Below are positions 27,317-41,632 of a stretch of 64,000 nucleotides of DNA, piece after piece. A program made the position numbers and the translations under genes. The number at the start of each line of letters is the position of its first letter. Position 1 is the first letter of the stretch. The notes beneath the pieces were generated by a model, which did no database searches, was not told the origin of the DNA, and was given only the letters and a program-made list of their open reading frames with translations. The stretch is taken from positions 305,846,001-305,910,000 of the forward strand of contig OZ024740.1 in the NCBI GenBank assembly GCA_964016885.1, written 5' to 3'. This DNA is from Eledone cirrhosa. Its lineage: Eukaryota.

Positions 27317-27342
27317 TGTGTATATATTTATATATTTTCCAT

Positions 27343-27374
<32 letters not shown>

Positions 27375-27398
27375 TGTGTATATATTTATATATTTTCC

Positions 27399-27499
<101 letters not shown>

Positions 27500-27692
27500 G
27501 TATATATCAAAGGCATGTATTGAATTAGAAACTCAAAATAGTCTCATTATACTATATATATATATATATTAATATAATAATAAAAAAATAATGACTTTTA
27601 CTATCAATTAACCGTTTTTTGTTTAATTTCATTGTTATCACTATTTGTATATATATATATATATATGTATATATATTATATAATATATATTA

Positions 27693-27765
<73 letters not shown>

Positions 27766-27825
27766 CAAATAAAAGAGGCAGAGTTAATAACTCATACTGA
27801 TACCCTGTAATTAACAAGCTCAAGG

Positions 27826-27864
<39 letters not shown>

Positions 27865-28000
27865 GCACACACGCGCACACACACAAACAGGTAGAAGCAA
27901 ATAGACACTTAATTATTCAGACATGCACGCTGACACAGTCACACAGATTTACATAGAAACAGGCAGACACTGATATGTCCACATACATAACCTACTCTCT

Positions 28001-28138
<138 letters not shown>

Positions 28139-28367
28139 TATGATTGCCGAAGACAACCATTCATACGTCAGACAGCGTTCTTGTCATATCTGTTGAGAAG
28201 ATTAGAGAATCTGTGGAATTGTGCAATAACTTGGTCAAGTAGTTGGAATCACCTCTCCCCTTTACAGACATCTCAACATGTTGCTGCTGTTGTGTGAATC
28301 CCCGCTTATCCTTCATAGAGAGGACATGTGATCAAAGACTTTCCATTCATGACCAACCCATCTTTTT

Positions 28368-28407
<40 letters not shown>

Positions 28408-28533
28408 GTAGGAGGTGAGTTTTATTGTAGTACAATAAAGCAATGCAGATATCGGATAAGAAGCACTCTACAGTTTGTAGGACTGGAGTATACATAATAT
28501 ATAAGATCAAAAGATGGTTAAATGAGTTCCATG

Positions 28534-28604
28534 TATTTTATTATGCGCATTTCAAAAACAAATATCATCATGCAATAACATTTGTGTTTTCATCAGATAA
28601 AATA
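28534..28604 (-). ncRNA. Hammerhead motif HH-P, best-formed copy
   Basis: Minus strand: tattttat-CTGATGA-aaacacaaatgttatt(gcat)gatgatatttgttttt-GAA-ATGCGCAT-A^-ataaaata. Perfect 8-bp stem I and palindromic stem III. Confidence 0.88.
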
Positions 28605-28657
28605 GGAGGGCATGATATGAAGGTTAAAAACACTTGTGGATAGTGCAGTTTTAAATA

Positions 28658-28710
<53 letters not shown>

Positions 28711-28716
<6 letters not shown>

Positions 28717-29075
28717 ATACTTTGGGAGGGTCATGTTGCCAATAAGAAACACACGCACCAGTTGCTTTCACTTCAATTTATTATAATAAATTTATAAATT
28801 TCCGGTTGGTTGGTTGGTTCCACAACCAGATGATTGTTTATATTTATGTGTGTCGAAAGAACTTTGACAATATATAAACAATCATCTGGTTGTGGAACCA
28901 ACCAACCAACCGGAAATTTATAAATTCCTCAATTTATAAATTTATTATAATAAATTGAAGTGAAAGCAACTGGTGCGGGTGTTTCTTATTGGTAACATGA
29001 CCCTCCCAAAGTATAACAATATCGGTTTCAACACACGTTTTCAGATAAAGAATCTTGCTAAACAAATTCAGAAAC

Positions 29076-29078
<3 letters not shown>
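28711..29078. mobile_element. Fold-back 3' end of the Penelope family found at 37560-39715
   Basis: 28848-29020 matches 39541-39715, and 28711-28842 is its reverse complement. Flanked by (TA)n. Confidence 0.85.
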
Positions 29079-29173
<95 letters not shown>

Positions 29174-29226
29174 GTATATATTATATATGTATATATATAT
29201 ATGTGTATATATATATAATATATATA

Positions 29227-29368
29227 TAGGAAAATGTTTAACCTCGACAGCAGAGTTCAAGCCGTTTCGTCCAGAAATAGCCTTCGAAACGGCTTGAGCT
29301 CTGCCGTCGGGGTTAAAGATTTTCATATTACCCACTCAACTATCCTAAGTATTGAGTACTCTGGTACG

Positions 29369-29371
<3 letters not shown>
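29227..29371. mobile_element. Fold-back element family HH-H (half hammerhead)
   Basis: Hairpin containing GAAACGGC-TTGAGCTCT-GCCGTC^GGGGT. Relatives at 30600-30695, 44403-44492, 46338-46516, 49727-49937 and 62808-62953. Confidence 0.7.
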
Positions 29372-29424
<53 letters not shown>

Positions 29425-29425
<1 letters not shown>

Positions 29426-29652
29426 CAAAAGGTTATCGGTCTACATGGCAGAATATAATAAATGTAATCTGAGTTTTTCGAATATTAATAATAATATTCG
29501 ATTCGTGTGCAATTATGCAAACAGCCCCTTTTAAGCCAGAGCAAGAATGAGGGGTTCATTCTACTGACATGGCTTAAAAGAGGCTGTTTGCATAATTGCA
29601 CACGAATCGAATATTATTATTAATATTCGAAAAACTCAGATTACATTTATTA
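29425..29652. mobile_element. Fold-back element family I
   Basis: Arms 29455-29539 and 29570-29652; same family at 29887-30385 and 42095-42170. Confidence 0.75.
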
Positions 29653-29667
29653 TATATATATATATAC

Positions 29668-29750
<83 letters not shown>

Positions 29751-29791
29751 ATGTGTGTGTGTGTGTGTGTGAGTGTGTATGTGTGAAGTGT

Positions 29792-29867
<76 letters not shown>

Positions 29868-29886
29868 AATATATATATATATATAT

Positions 29887-30385
29887 AATAAATGTAATCT
29901 GAGTTTTTCGAATGTTAATAATTGTTTCTACTTTAGGCACAAGGCCAGCAATTATCCAGTGCATTACTGGTACTTTATTTTATCGACCCCGTAAGGATGA
30001 AAGGCAAAGTCAACCTCGGCGGGATTTGAACTCAGATTGTAAAGGGACGTAACTATGCTGTAAAGCATGGCGTCCGACCCTCTACCGATACTGCCAATCC
30101 ACCGTTAATGTTAATAATAACATTCGATTCGTTTGCAATTATGCAAACAAGCCTCAATTTTATAGCCATGTCAGAAGAATGAGCCCTTCATTCTTGCTCT
30201 GGTATTGGCATGCAGTTCTGTTCGCATGCCAACACAAGAGCAAGAATGAAGGGTTCATTCTACTGACATGGCTATAAAATGGAGGCTTGTTTGCATAATT
30301 GCAAACGAATCGAATGTTATTATTAATATTCGAAAAACTCAGATTACATTTATTGTATTCAGCCATGTAGAGCGAAACTTTCTTT
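29887..30385. mobile_element. Fold-back element family I, interrupted by a SINE
   Basis: Arms are centred near 30218; the left arm is split by the SINE at 29918-30104. Confidence 0.75.
29918..30104 (-). mobile_element. SINE family A with 12-bp TSD
   Basis: AATGTTAATAAT at 29911-29922 and 30107-30118. The empty site is visible in the opposite arm. Confidence 0.92.
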
Positions 30386-30543
30386 TATATATATGTATAT
30401 ATATCACATAAGAAACGGAGAATCAGTGTTGCTTCGTCGCAACACTGATTCTCCGTTTCTTATTTGTTATCATACTTTGCTCTGTAAGAGCAACGAGTGC
30501 TCAAACGGCCTACCGCTTACAGACGCTTTAAGCATCCCACACC

Positions 30544-30603
<60 letters not shown>

Positions 30604-30994
30604 CAAAGAAAGTGTGGTACGAAACCAGGTGGACCATAACGCAACAGAGTATTCGATACTTAGGGTAGTAGAGTGGGTAATATGATTTTTTCCTATATAT
30701 ATAAGCACACGCACACATAAATATATATATATTGATATATACATATATATTATGAACAATGTGAAGGTGACACACATAGTATTCTCTGTCCACAACATAC
30801 ATTGTATGGACTGATGGAACGGGAGCTAGGATCCTTACAGGAAGCTCTCAAAATCGACCCAATCCTAACTTTCTCAATGCAAAGTGGAAAATAATTCAGA
30901 AGGAGTTCCTTCCACAAATGGGGACTGAAAGTCTCTCCATACAAGACATCAACATAAAACTTTATAAAATTTATGTCAATAATTGTTTTTAGTG

Positions 30995-31112
30995 AGGGCG
31001 CGTGGCTGATTGATTAGAGAACTGGCTTCGCAATCATGAGGTTGTCAGTTAAATTCCTTTACCAGGCGCTGTGTTATGTCCTTGTACAAGACACTTTATT
31101 TGACGTTGCTCC
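30995..31112 (+). mobile_element. SINE family B, diverged head
   Basis: GAGGGCGCGTGGCTGATTGATTAGAG...TGTCCTTGTACAAGACACTTTATT. Confidence 0.6.
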
Positions 31113-31176
31113 TTCTACCTGGAGTTGTGACCGATAGATAGTTTTAACAATCGTCCGATTTGACGATAGTCTGTCG

Positions 31177-31346
31177 ATTGTTTCTACTTTTGGCACAAGG
31201 CCAACAATTATCCCAGTGCATTACTATTACTTCATTTTATCGATCCCGTAAGGATGAAAGGCAAATTTAACCTCGGCGGGATTTGAACTCAGACCATAAA
31301 GGGCCGTAACTCTATGTTGCAAAGCATAACGTCCGACCTTCTACCG
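31177..31346 (-). mobile_element. SINE family A
   Basis: Consensus match. Confidence 0.85.
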
Positions 31347-31349
31347 TTA

Positions 31350-32188
31350 TGCAAGCTAAATGCATGAATTTTATTCCTGCAAAAAAAGTCCAACACACAC
31401 AAAAACAAGCATCCATGAGATTCATATAACAGAAAGAGAAGCTAGGGCTATAGAAAGTATATTAACAAACCCTAAAGCTATCTTTAAAGTTGCAAAAGAG
31501 TCTTCTTCAATAGAGCGCATGGTAGGGGTGCTGTTCCCCCAAAAATGAATCACTGGTTGCAGACTCCCAAATGTTATGTGAAATACTGAATAAACTATGC
31601 AAAAGTATTTTCACATTCTCGATGAGACGCATGCAAATAAATAAATAAGCAAAATTTCTTTGGTATCTCAAACCTACACATAGAAATGGCAGGCATCAAT
31701 TACATCAGCATAAAGGATATGTATTATCTGCCACAGATCAATACGCTTAAATTCAGTTACTGACCCAGTTGGGCTCCCAGAAATCCTTCCATTGACCTGC
31801 AAGAAAACCATAGCAAAACTACTACAGATCCTTTTCCAGAGTCAAAATCAATGCGTGAGGTGGGAATTGATAAGAGCAATAATGCGTCGTTTCATGTACA
31901 TATCCAAGATGGCGGCAATGTACAGGCGGCTGGTTACATGGATTCATGGATCATTCGGTAAAAGAGACCAGAAAATCATATTGGTCCAGTGGAAGACATT
32001 TGTCCTCAGCCGCCTAGACTATTGTTTTCAGCTATGGTCACTTTACTGTGTTGAATAAACTGCAGAACTTGAAATAATCCAAAGACGCTACACCAAGTGG
32101 ATTGCCTCAGAGAACGAGATGAGCTACTGGGAGAGGTTGAAAGGTTTTAAATGTTTACTCCCTGGAGCAAATACAAGAAAGATGCACA

Positions 32189-32231
<43 letters not shown>

Positions 32232-32525
32232 TATATATGTGTTGTGTGTGTGTGTGTGTGTGTGTGTAGGATTTTGGAAGAGCTAGAACAAAATGTCAGC
32301 ATTGCGTAAAGCCAAAGGTTCAATTCTCTATTTCCCGAATGATGACGAGATACTGAAGTAGCTTGAGATTTAGGAGTCCCAGCTCATTAATATACTCATG
32401 TGGATGTAGATGTTTTCACGAAGCATCCAGAGCTTCCGCTGTCTAATATCCCAGAGAAGTCTACAGCGCAGTTGGAAACACACATGAGGGTGGCGGTGTC
32501 AATCTCCCTCATTCATCAATGATCA
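31350..32525 (+). pseudogene. Decayed, internally deleted CR1-group LINE ORF2 remnant
   Basis: Fragments IESILTNPKAIFKVAK, WKTFVLSRLDYCFQLWS, LEIIQRRYTK and MSYWERLK match CR1/L2-group RT-flanking motifs; many stops. Confidence 0.75.
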
Positions 32526-32932
32526 ACCAAGGAAGAACAGTTACAGAAAGTATAGCAACAGGGCTGGAAGAAGTAATATATCCCTAATTCGGTTCAAAAC
32601 CATTGACGATTGCATAATTATGCAACAGCAGGGTGTGACTCCAAAATTACAGGCTCTTCAGACGAATATAAACCATGGCAGTTAAACACTCTCACAATGA
32701 ATTTGAATCGAATTGAGCGTGAAATGGATGTAATGAATTTAAACATATGTTAAATTGATATCTCACTCTCCATGTTTTTATACTTATATTCTTCGATCTC
32801 ACTTAATACCAGGTAGCAGTCATGCTCCATTCCCTCTTTAGACATTGAGGGCTGAACACGGTTTAAGCCTGCATTAATTGCAATCAAACCAATGGATGTA
32901 TATATTTAATTATATATATATATATATATATA

Positions 32933-33007
32933 TACAGGGTGTCCCCCAAAAATGTATACACACTTCAATAGTATTCTAGTAAACATGTGTATACATTTTG
33001 GGGGTAC

Positions 33008-33014
<7 letters not shown>
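32933..33014. mobile_element. Tc1/mariner-type MITE (~80 bp)
   Basis: TIR TACAGGGTGTCCCCCAAAAATGTATACAC, in TA context. Confidence 0.8.
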
Positions 33015-33094
<80 letters not shown>

Positions 33095-33357
33095 GTTGCG
33101 ACAGTAAACAGAAAACAGAAAAGGAAAAAAAGAAAAAACGTGGAAGCGAAGAGGCAGTACAAATGTTAATATTAGTTTCACGCTTGAGAGTGAGGGGGTG
33201 TGGGGGGGGGGTATATATATATAATTACAACAGTGGCATAAACAGGTACTTAAGTTTCGCTGGGTTCTGAACCCCAACTTATTCACCCTGTCATTATAAA
33301 AATAAAAATAAAAATAAATCTTTATTTTTATTCTTCTCATGACAGGATGAATAAGCT

Positions 33358-33538
33358 TTGGCAGTATCGGTAGAGGGTCGGGCGCCATGCTTTGAAGCAT
33401 AGAGTTACCTCCCTTTATGATCTGAGTTCAAATCCCGCCGAGATTAACTTTGCCTTTCATCCTTACGGGGTCGATAAAATATAGTACCAGTAATGCACTG
33501 AGATAATTGCTGGCCTTGTGCCAAAGTAGAAACAATTA
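33358..33538 (+). mobile_element. SINE family A
   Basis: Consensus on the plus strand. Confidence 0.9.
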
Positions 33539-33539
33539 T

Positions 33540-33574
<35 letters not shown>

Positions 33575-33644
33575 AATATAAATTTTGAATTTTATTTGTC
33601 ACCCTAACACAACTGATACATAAATGTAAGTATGCATACTTACA

Positions 33645-33727
33645 TACAGCGTGTCCCCATAAAATGTATACACACTTCAACAGCATTCTAGTAAATATGT
33701 GTATACATTTTTGTGGGATACCCTGTA
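33645..33727. mobile_element. Second copy of the Tc1/mariner MITE
   Basis: Same TIRs and spacer as 32933-33014. Confidence 0.8.
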
Positions 33728-33904
33728 TATATATACATATACAGCCATTAGTTTGATTGCAATTAATGCCGGCGTATATATATATATATATATATATATG
33801 ATATATGTTTCTGCATATGTATATGTTTGTATGCGTATATATACATATATGTCTGTGTATGTATATGTACACATATATAGGTATCTTCTACAATACATAC
33901 ATAC

Positions 33905-33955
<51 letters not shown>

Positions 33956-34084
33956 TATATATATATATGAATAAATATATATATATTTATGTAACTATGT
34001 CTATATATTGATATTTATGTGCATATGCATATATATATATACACATATGTATGATTACATATATATGCATATATATGATGTATA

Positions 34085-34168
<84 letters not shown>

Positions 34169-34337
34169 TATATATATACGTATATACATCATATATATCA
34201 GTATATATGTAATCATATATATGTGTATATGCATATACACATCAATATCAATATGTAGACATAGTTACACATAGTTATAAATATATATATACATACATAC
34301 ATACATACATACATACATACATACATACATACATACA

Positions 34338-34395
<58 letters not shown>

Positions 34396-34396
34396 C

Positions 34397-34486
<90 letters not shown>

Positions 34487-34562
34487 GTGTATATATATAT
34501 ATATATATATATAAAATAAAGTTAAATAAAAGTCAAATGATTAAAATTTAGCTTCGTTTATT

Positions 34563-34617
34563 ACTGCTATATATATTTCAGTGACAGCCATCTTTGGCTG
34601 TGACCTCTTCAGGCAGT
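34563..34617 (-). ncRNA. Hammerhead motif HH-T
   Basis: Minus strand: actgc-CTGAAGA-ggtcacagcca(aaga)tggctgtcact-GAA-ATATATAT-A^-gcagt. Confidence 0.85.
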
Positions 34618-34728
34618 TTGAATTAGTGTGGTATAGACAAGTACATATGTTGTTTAGGTGTATAATATTGTCAATACTCTGATATGCCCAGTTCCTTGTT
34701 GGATTGTTATTTCACTGAGGAACTGGAG

Positions 34729-34795
<67 letters not shown>

Positions 34796-35000
34796 CATTA
34801 CGAGGGCGATATATTATCACAATTAGTAGAGCGTCGGACAAAATGCAGAGACTAAAATTGAAATTATTGTTATTGAAAAAGTCATTCATCTACTATATAT
34901 AAAGTACATTTATGCAAATATATACTAGAAATAAATGATTAAAATAACTACAGTAAGTAAGGTACTCAATACATAGCAGAGTATAAATATTTAATATACC

Positions 35001-35055
35001 AATGACTTCTACAGGACTAGAACTGTTTCATTCGAAGGAAATCATCCGAAAAGCC
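35001..35055 (-). ncRNA. HH-A hammerhead with mutated core (duplicate at 36010-36065)
   Basis: Core reads CGGATGA; stem III GAAACAG ttctagtc CTGTA is intact. Confidence 0.55.
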
Positions 35056-35066
35056 CTTTCTCTCTC

Positions 35067-35167
<101 letters not shown>

Positions 35168-35344
35168 TATATATATACGTATATACATCATATATATCAG
35201 TATATATGTAATCATATATATGTGTATATGCATATACACATCAATATCAATATGTAGACATAGTTACACATAGTTATAAATATATATATACATACATACA
35301 TACATACATACATACATACATACATACATACATACATACATACA

Positions 35345-35402
<58 letters not shown>

Positions 35403-35403
35403 C

Positions 35404-35509
<106 letters not shown>

Positions 35510-35585
35510 GTGTATATATATATATATATATATATAAAATAAAGTTAAATAAAAGTCAAATGATTAAAATTTAGCTTCGTTTATT

Positions 35586-35640
35586 ACTGCTATATATATT
35601 TCAGTGACAGCCATCTTTGGCTGTGACCTCTTCAGGCAGT
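35586..35640 (-). ncRNA. Hammerhead motif HH-T, duplicate
   Basis: Identical to 34563-34617. Confidence 0.85.
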
Positions 35641-35751
35641 TTGAATTAGTGTGGTATAGACAAGTACATATGTTGTTTAGGTGTATAATATTGTCAATAC
35701 TCTGATATGCCCAGTTCCTTGTTGGATTGTTATTTCACTGAGGAACTGGAG

Positions 35752-35804
<53 letters not shown>

Positions 35805-36075
35805 CATTACGAGGGCGATATATTATCACAATTAGTAGAGCGTCGGACAAAATGCAGAGACTAAAATTGAAATTATTGTTATTGAAAAAGTCATTCATCT
35901 ACTATATATAAAGTACATTTATGCAAATATATACTAGAAATAAATGATTAAAATAACTACAGTAAGTAAGGTACTCAATACATAGCAGAGTATAAATATT
36001 TAATATACCAATGACTTCTACAGGACTAGAACTGTTTCATTCGAAGGAAATCATCCGAAAAGCCCTTTCTCTCTC

Positions 36076-36176
<101 letters not shown>

Positions 36177-36287
36177 ATATATATATATATATATAGATGA
36201 GATTCTACAGGACTAGAACTGTTTCATTTCTGCAATGTATTGAGTACCTTACTAACTGTGGTTACCTCCGATTCAACCCGGAATAAC

Positions 36288-36338
<51 letters not shown>

Positions 36339-36424
36339 ACACATATACATATATATATATCTGATAGATAGTATTAGCAATTGGTCTTTCCAATTGCTAA
36401 TACTATCTATCGGCGGCAACTCTA

Positions 36425-36550
36425 GGTACAAGGAACAACATGAAATGAAGTGTCTTGCCCAAGTACATAACTCATCACACGGCCCGGGAACCGAACACAC
36501 AACCTCTCGATTGCGAATCCAATTCTCTAACCACTCAGTAACGTGCCTTC
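36425..36550 (-). mobile_element. SINE family B head
   Basis: Minus strand GAAGGCACGTTACTGAGTGGTTAGAG...GTTCGGTTCCC...GTACTTGGGCAAGACACTT. Confidence 0.65.
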
Positions 36551-36676
36551 ACACACATATATATATAAAATGATATGAAACGAAAGGAGCTGTGTGGTTC
36601 CTAAAAACAAGGTTGAGGATGGTGGTTAGGCCGGAAGAAGAGGAGAAAGGAAGAAAGGAGTTTCCTTCGTCAGCTG

Positions 36677-36720
<44 letters not shown>

Positions 36721-36792
36721 ATATATATATATATTATATATATATAAATGAAAGGTATAGAAAATATTGTAGCAAAAAGCCAACAGTATTCC

Positions 36793-36950
<158 letters not shown>

Positions 36951-36968
36951 ATATAATATATATATAAA

Positions 36969-37032
<64 letters not shown>

Positions 37033-37070
37033 TATGTATGTATATATATATATATATGTATATATCTCTA

Positions 37071-37196
<126 letters not shown>

Positions 37197-37239
37197 GGAA
37201 TACTGTTGGCTTTTTGCTACAATATTTTCTATACCTTTC

Positions 37240-37330
<91 letters not shown>

Positions 37331-37332
37331 AG

Positions 37333-37411
<79 letters not shown>

Positions 37412-37424
37412 GTATATATATATG

Positions 37425-37562
<138 letters not shown>

Positions 37563-37627
37563 TCGTTTCTGAATTTGTTTAGCAAGATTCTTTATCTGAA
37601 AACGTGTGTTGAAACGATATTGTTATT

Positions 37628-38135
37628 AGTAACTCTAATACTCTGGTGGATGGAGTTAGCTATTTGCTGGATGCTTTCCATGGTGTTTTTCTCTAATTCC
37701 TGACTGTTCTCTAGTGGGGGTGTTTTACTACGATGTTTATATCATCAACGTAGCGGGAGTACATTATCAGGGTTAAGACGTTTCTGTCTTCTAATTGTTC
37801 TTTAAGTTTAAATTTAAGTTTATTGTCCCACCATACCATGAATAAGTTAGCTATGTCACCTGCAATGCTAACACCAATGGCTGCTCCCTCCTCTTGGGCA
37901 TATGTTTTTCCATTAAATATGAACATATGTTCCTTAAGGGTTAGTTTTATACTGGGCCCCCACCGCATGTGCAATCATTTTCTTTAGTTCATCGTGGTTT
38001 TCGGGGGTCCGTATGGCTCTGGTCCACCCGTTCCATCTTTCTGTGTGGGTTTTCTTGGCCATTGAGGTAATGGTAGGTGGTCTGCCTCTTGCTGGTCTTG
38101 TAGGGCACAGGTTGCTAAGGTCATACGTATCTATC
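37628..38135 (-). pseudogene. Penelope RT core (inverted segment)
   Basis: ORF 37711-37974 encodes FNGKTYAQEEGAAIGVSIAGDIANLFM...YSRYVDDI. Confidence 0.88.
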
Positions 38136-38136
38136 T

Positions 38137-39320
38137 AAAGAACAATTAGAAGACAGCAACGTCTTAATCCTGATAATGTACTCCCGCTACGTTGATGATA
38201 TAAACATCGTAGTAAAACACCCCCACTAGAGAACAGTCAGGAATTAGAGAAAAACACCATGGAAAGCATCCAGCAAATAGCTAACTCCATCCACTCCCAG
38301 AGTATTAGAGTTACTATAGACTACCCAAGCAAACACCACAACAATCGATTACCTGTACTAGACACAGAGCTCTGGTTAGAAACCATTAATAACAAAAAAC
38401 AAATCCTCCATTCCCATTATGCCAAACCCATGACTTCCAAATATCTGATCCACCAAAACTCAGCTGTTTCGGATCACACCAAAATCAACATACTGATTGC
38501 GGATTTGGTACGGGTGATGAGAAACATGTCCCGCATGTGCAACACCAAAGATCTAGAGAGACACATACAACACTTCATCCACCATATGCAGTTCTCTGGT
38601 TACAATCAGAGAGATAAAATCAGAGTATATAGAAGAGCCTGAACCAAATGGGAAAAAATGGTAAATAATAATACAAATCGGACCTGCCCCTTGTATAGGA
38701 GCAAATTTTGGAATAGAATAGAAAGAACTAGGAATAAGGTTAATAAAATAAACTCATGGTATGATAGCAATAAATACCAGAGTGTAATGTTCATCAATAC
38801 AACCCCTAGAGGTGAATTAGCTTACACATTTAGAAGGGCCCTAGATAAACTTAAACTTAATATTAAGATAGTAGAAAGACCAGGTACCTCCATAAAAACA
38901 CTTATTAGCAATACATACCCTTTTCAAAGACCTCCCTGTATAGATAAGAAATGCATAATCTGTTAACTAAGCCCCCCTATTAACTGTAAAACTAGAAATG
39001 TAGTATATAGCATAAGATATACTGAAGGACAATATAAAGATAAGAATATAGTGTACATAGGTGAGACGGCTCGTAGTGTAGGGGAATGGTTAAATGAACA
39101 CTGGCGAGAGCTTCAAGATAAAAAAGAATCATCAATACTCCACCAACATGCTAAAATAGAACATAAGGGCAAATTAGAGAACATAGAAATAAAAATAGAA
39201 TCTACACACAGAAAAGACGCAATGTTTAGACAAATCACAGAGGCAATAAACATAAATGAACTCCAACCAAAATTAAATAGAAAACATGAATGGAATAGCA
39301 ACATCACAACTTACAATTAA
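38137..39320 (+). pseudogene. Penelope RT C-terminus plus GIY-YIG endonuclease, disrupted
   Basis: ORFs 38259-38642, 38658-38966 and 39051-39320 share one frame broken by TGA (38640) and TAA (38964). A 1-nt frameshift lies in the C-run near 38221. Confidence 0.9.
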
Positions 39321-39517
39321 GGACAAGATGAAAACACAGACACACATAGAACAAACAACTAACCAAGAACATGTAAATAAACAAATAAATAAACAAATAA
39401 AAACACACACAGACACCCGGATGTAACACATGCGCAAACTAAGCACACAACACACACAAAAACAAGATGGCGTAGGACAGAACAAAAGAGAAGCACAAAA
39501 CAAAGAAAAGAATCCCC

Positions 39518-39562
39518 TGTCACTGAAGAGGTTACAGAATGTGTGACGAAAGAACTTTGACA
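39518..39562 (+). ncRNA. Minimal hammerhead in the Penelope 3' terminal repeat
   Basis: tgtca-CTGAAGA-g-gttaca gaatg tgtgac-GAA-AGAACT-T^-tgaca, about 200 nt after the ORF stop. Confidence 0.8.
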
Positions 39563-39709
39563 ATATATGAACAACCGTCCGGTTGTGGAACTAACCAACC
39601 AACCGGAAATTTCTAAATTCTTAAATTTATAAATTTAATTTATAATAAATTGAAGTGAAAGCAACTGGTGCGTGTGTTTCTTATTGGCAACATGACCCTC
39701 CCAAAGTAT

Positions 39710-39912
<203 letters not shown>

Positions 39913-40293
39913 CAATAAAACCACACACCCTCGCCCCTCCCAATCCTTATTTATATACATATGTATATGTGTGCGTGTGTGTCTGTGTGTGCGGCGCGCA
40001 CTGTGCCTGTGTCCGCCTCAGCATGGTTCAGCCCGTGAGATACCCCCCCCCCCCCCGCCACGTGATGTGATGGCTGAAGCCTGACTACCTCCGTCACCTC
40101 TATACCAATACTTGTTGTAAGTTCAGTTACTGATATGCTGCTGTTAAAGTTTTGGGTATAGTTCTGAGAGGCGTGATCAGTTCTAATTTGTGTCTAATGT
40201 GTTATATATATGGTGAGTTAGAGTGAGTTTAGGTATGTGAATTAACGTTAGCTTGGTGTCACCATGTTCGCAGTTAAGTCATCAATATATATA

Positions 40294-40363
<70 letters not shown>

Positions 40364-40469
40364 AAATTAATTTAATTAAATCAAATTAAGGGAGTCATGT
40401 CCGAGACATGCGCCATATCCACTGTAGAATAAGCTCAAAGATTCCAATGAATAGATCCGAGCATTTTAT

Positions 40470-40701
40470 ATCAACTAGAAATTGAATGACATATATATAT
40501 TTCTAAAATAAACACATGAAACAATCACAGGGAATAATTTGTAAAAGTATGTAATCACACATAACTAGGTAGGTAACTAATTAAAGTTTAACTAGAGCTA
40601 CCTAGCTATGTGTGATTACACACTTTACAAATTATCCCCTGTGATTGTTTCATGTGTTTATTTTAAATATATATATATATGTCAATCAATTTGTAGTTGA
40701 T
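40470..40701. repeat. Fold-back inverted repeat (~105-bp arms) in (TA)n
   Basis: Arms are centred near 40585 (taattaaagtttaacta). Confidence 0.85.
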
Positions 40702-40715
40702 ATATATATATATAT

Positions 40716-40774
<59 letters not shown>

Positions 40775-40906
40775 CATATATATATGTATATATATATACA
40801 TATATATACACACATATATATATATGTACATACACAGCACACACACATATATATATATATAATATCTATATTATAATTTTACAATTTAGTTTTGTAGATC
40901 TATTTT

Positions 40907-40947
<41 letters not shown>

Positions 40948-41210
40948 TGTTGGCTTCTTGCTCACATTAATTTCTATATTTTCATATATATATATATATA
41001 TATATACAAAAATAGATCTACAAAACTAAATTGTAAAATTTATACATATATATATATATATATACAAAAATAGATCTACAAAAATAGATATATATATACA
41101 AAACTAAATTGTAAAATTTATATATATATATATATATATATATAAATTGTAAAATTTATATATATATTATATATATATAATATATATATATTAATATATA
41201 TATATACTCG

Positions 41211-41286
<76 letters not shown>

Positions 41287-41481
41287 TACATACAATATAT
41301 ATATATATATATATATATATAGATAAATATACACGGGTGTGTATGATTGTGTATAGAAGATTATATTAATAAAAGCAATTCCAACTTTGTCTGATTTACT
41401 CGTTTTATTTACAATCCTTTAAAATTTATAATGGCATTAGAATGAAATAGTATGGTAGAATATTAAATGTTAAGTGTTAAT

Positions 41482-41520
41482 TGAACAAGTACTTTCATGC
41501 TTTCGCAATCTTCAGGTTCA
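41482..41520 (-). ncRNA. 39-nt minimal hammerhead HH-C (left arm)
   Basis: Minus strand: tgaac-CTGAAGA-t tgc GAAA gca t-GAA-AGTACT-T^-gttca. Confidence 0.82.
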
Positions 41521-41593
41521 TAATGGGTGGTGACAGTCAAGTTTGCAATTTTCAACTGTTGTAAATTGCAAACTTGACTGTCACGACTGAATA

Positions 41594-41632
41594 TGAACCT
41601 GAAGATTGTGAAAGCATGAAAGTACTTGTTCA
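41594..41632 (+). ncRNA. 39-nt minimal hammerhead HH-C (right arm)
   Basis: tgaac-CTGAAGA-t tgt GAAA gca t-GAA-AGTACT-T^-gttca. Confidence 0.8.

Noticed and set aside
32640-32670. Isolated CTGAAGA/CTGATGA hits (also at 2930, 5330, 46925 and 62490)
   Set aside because: No correctly spaced GAAA and paired stems follow. The hit at 62490 may be a truncated 5' half but cannot be confirmed.
38640-38642. In-frame TGA in the Penelope ORF as selenocysteine (reported for some PLE clades)
   Set aside because: The same copy also has an in-frame TAA and a frameshift, the position is not an obvious Cys site, and no SECIS was recognised. Ordinary decay is the simpler explanation.
40384-40415. gga-gtcatg-tcc-GAGAC-atgcgcc as a hammerhead
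   Set aside because: Both core segments would need several mutations, so it cannot be told from chance.
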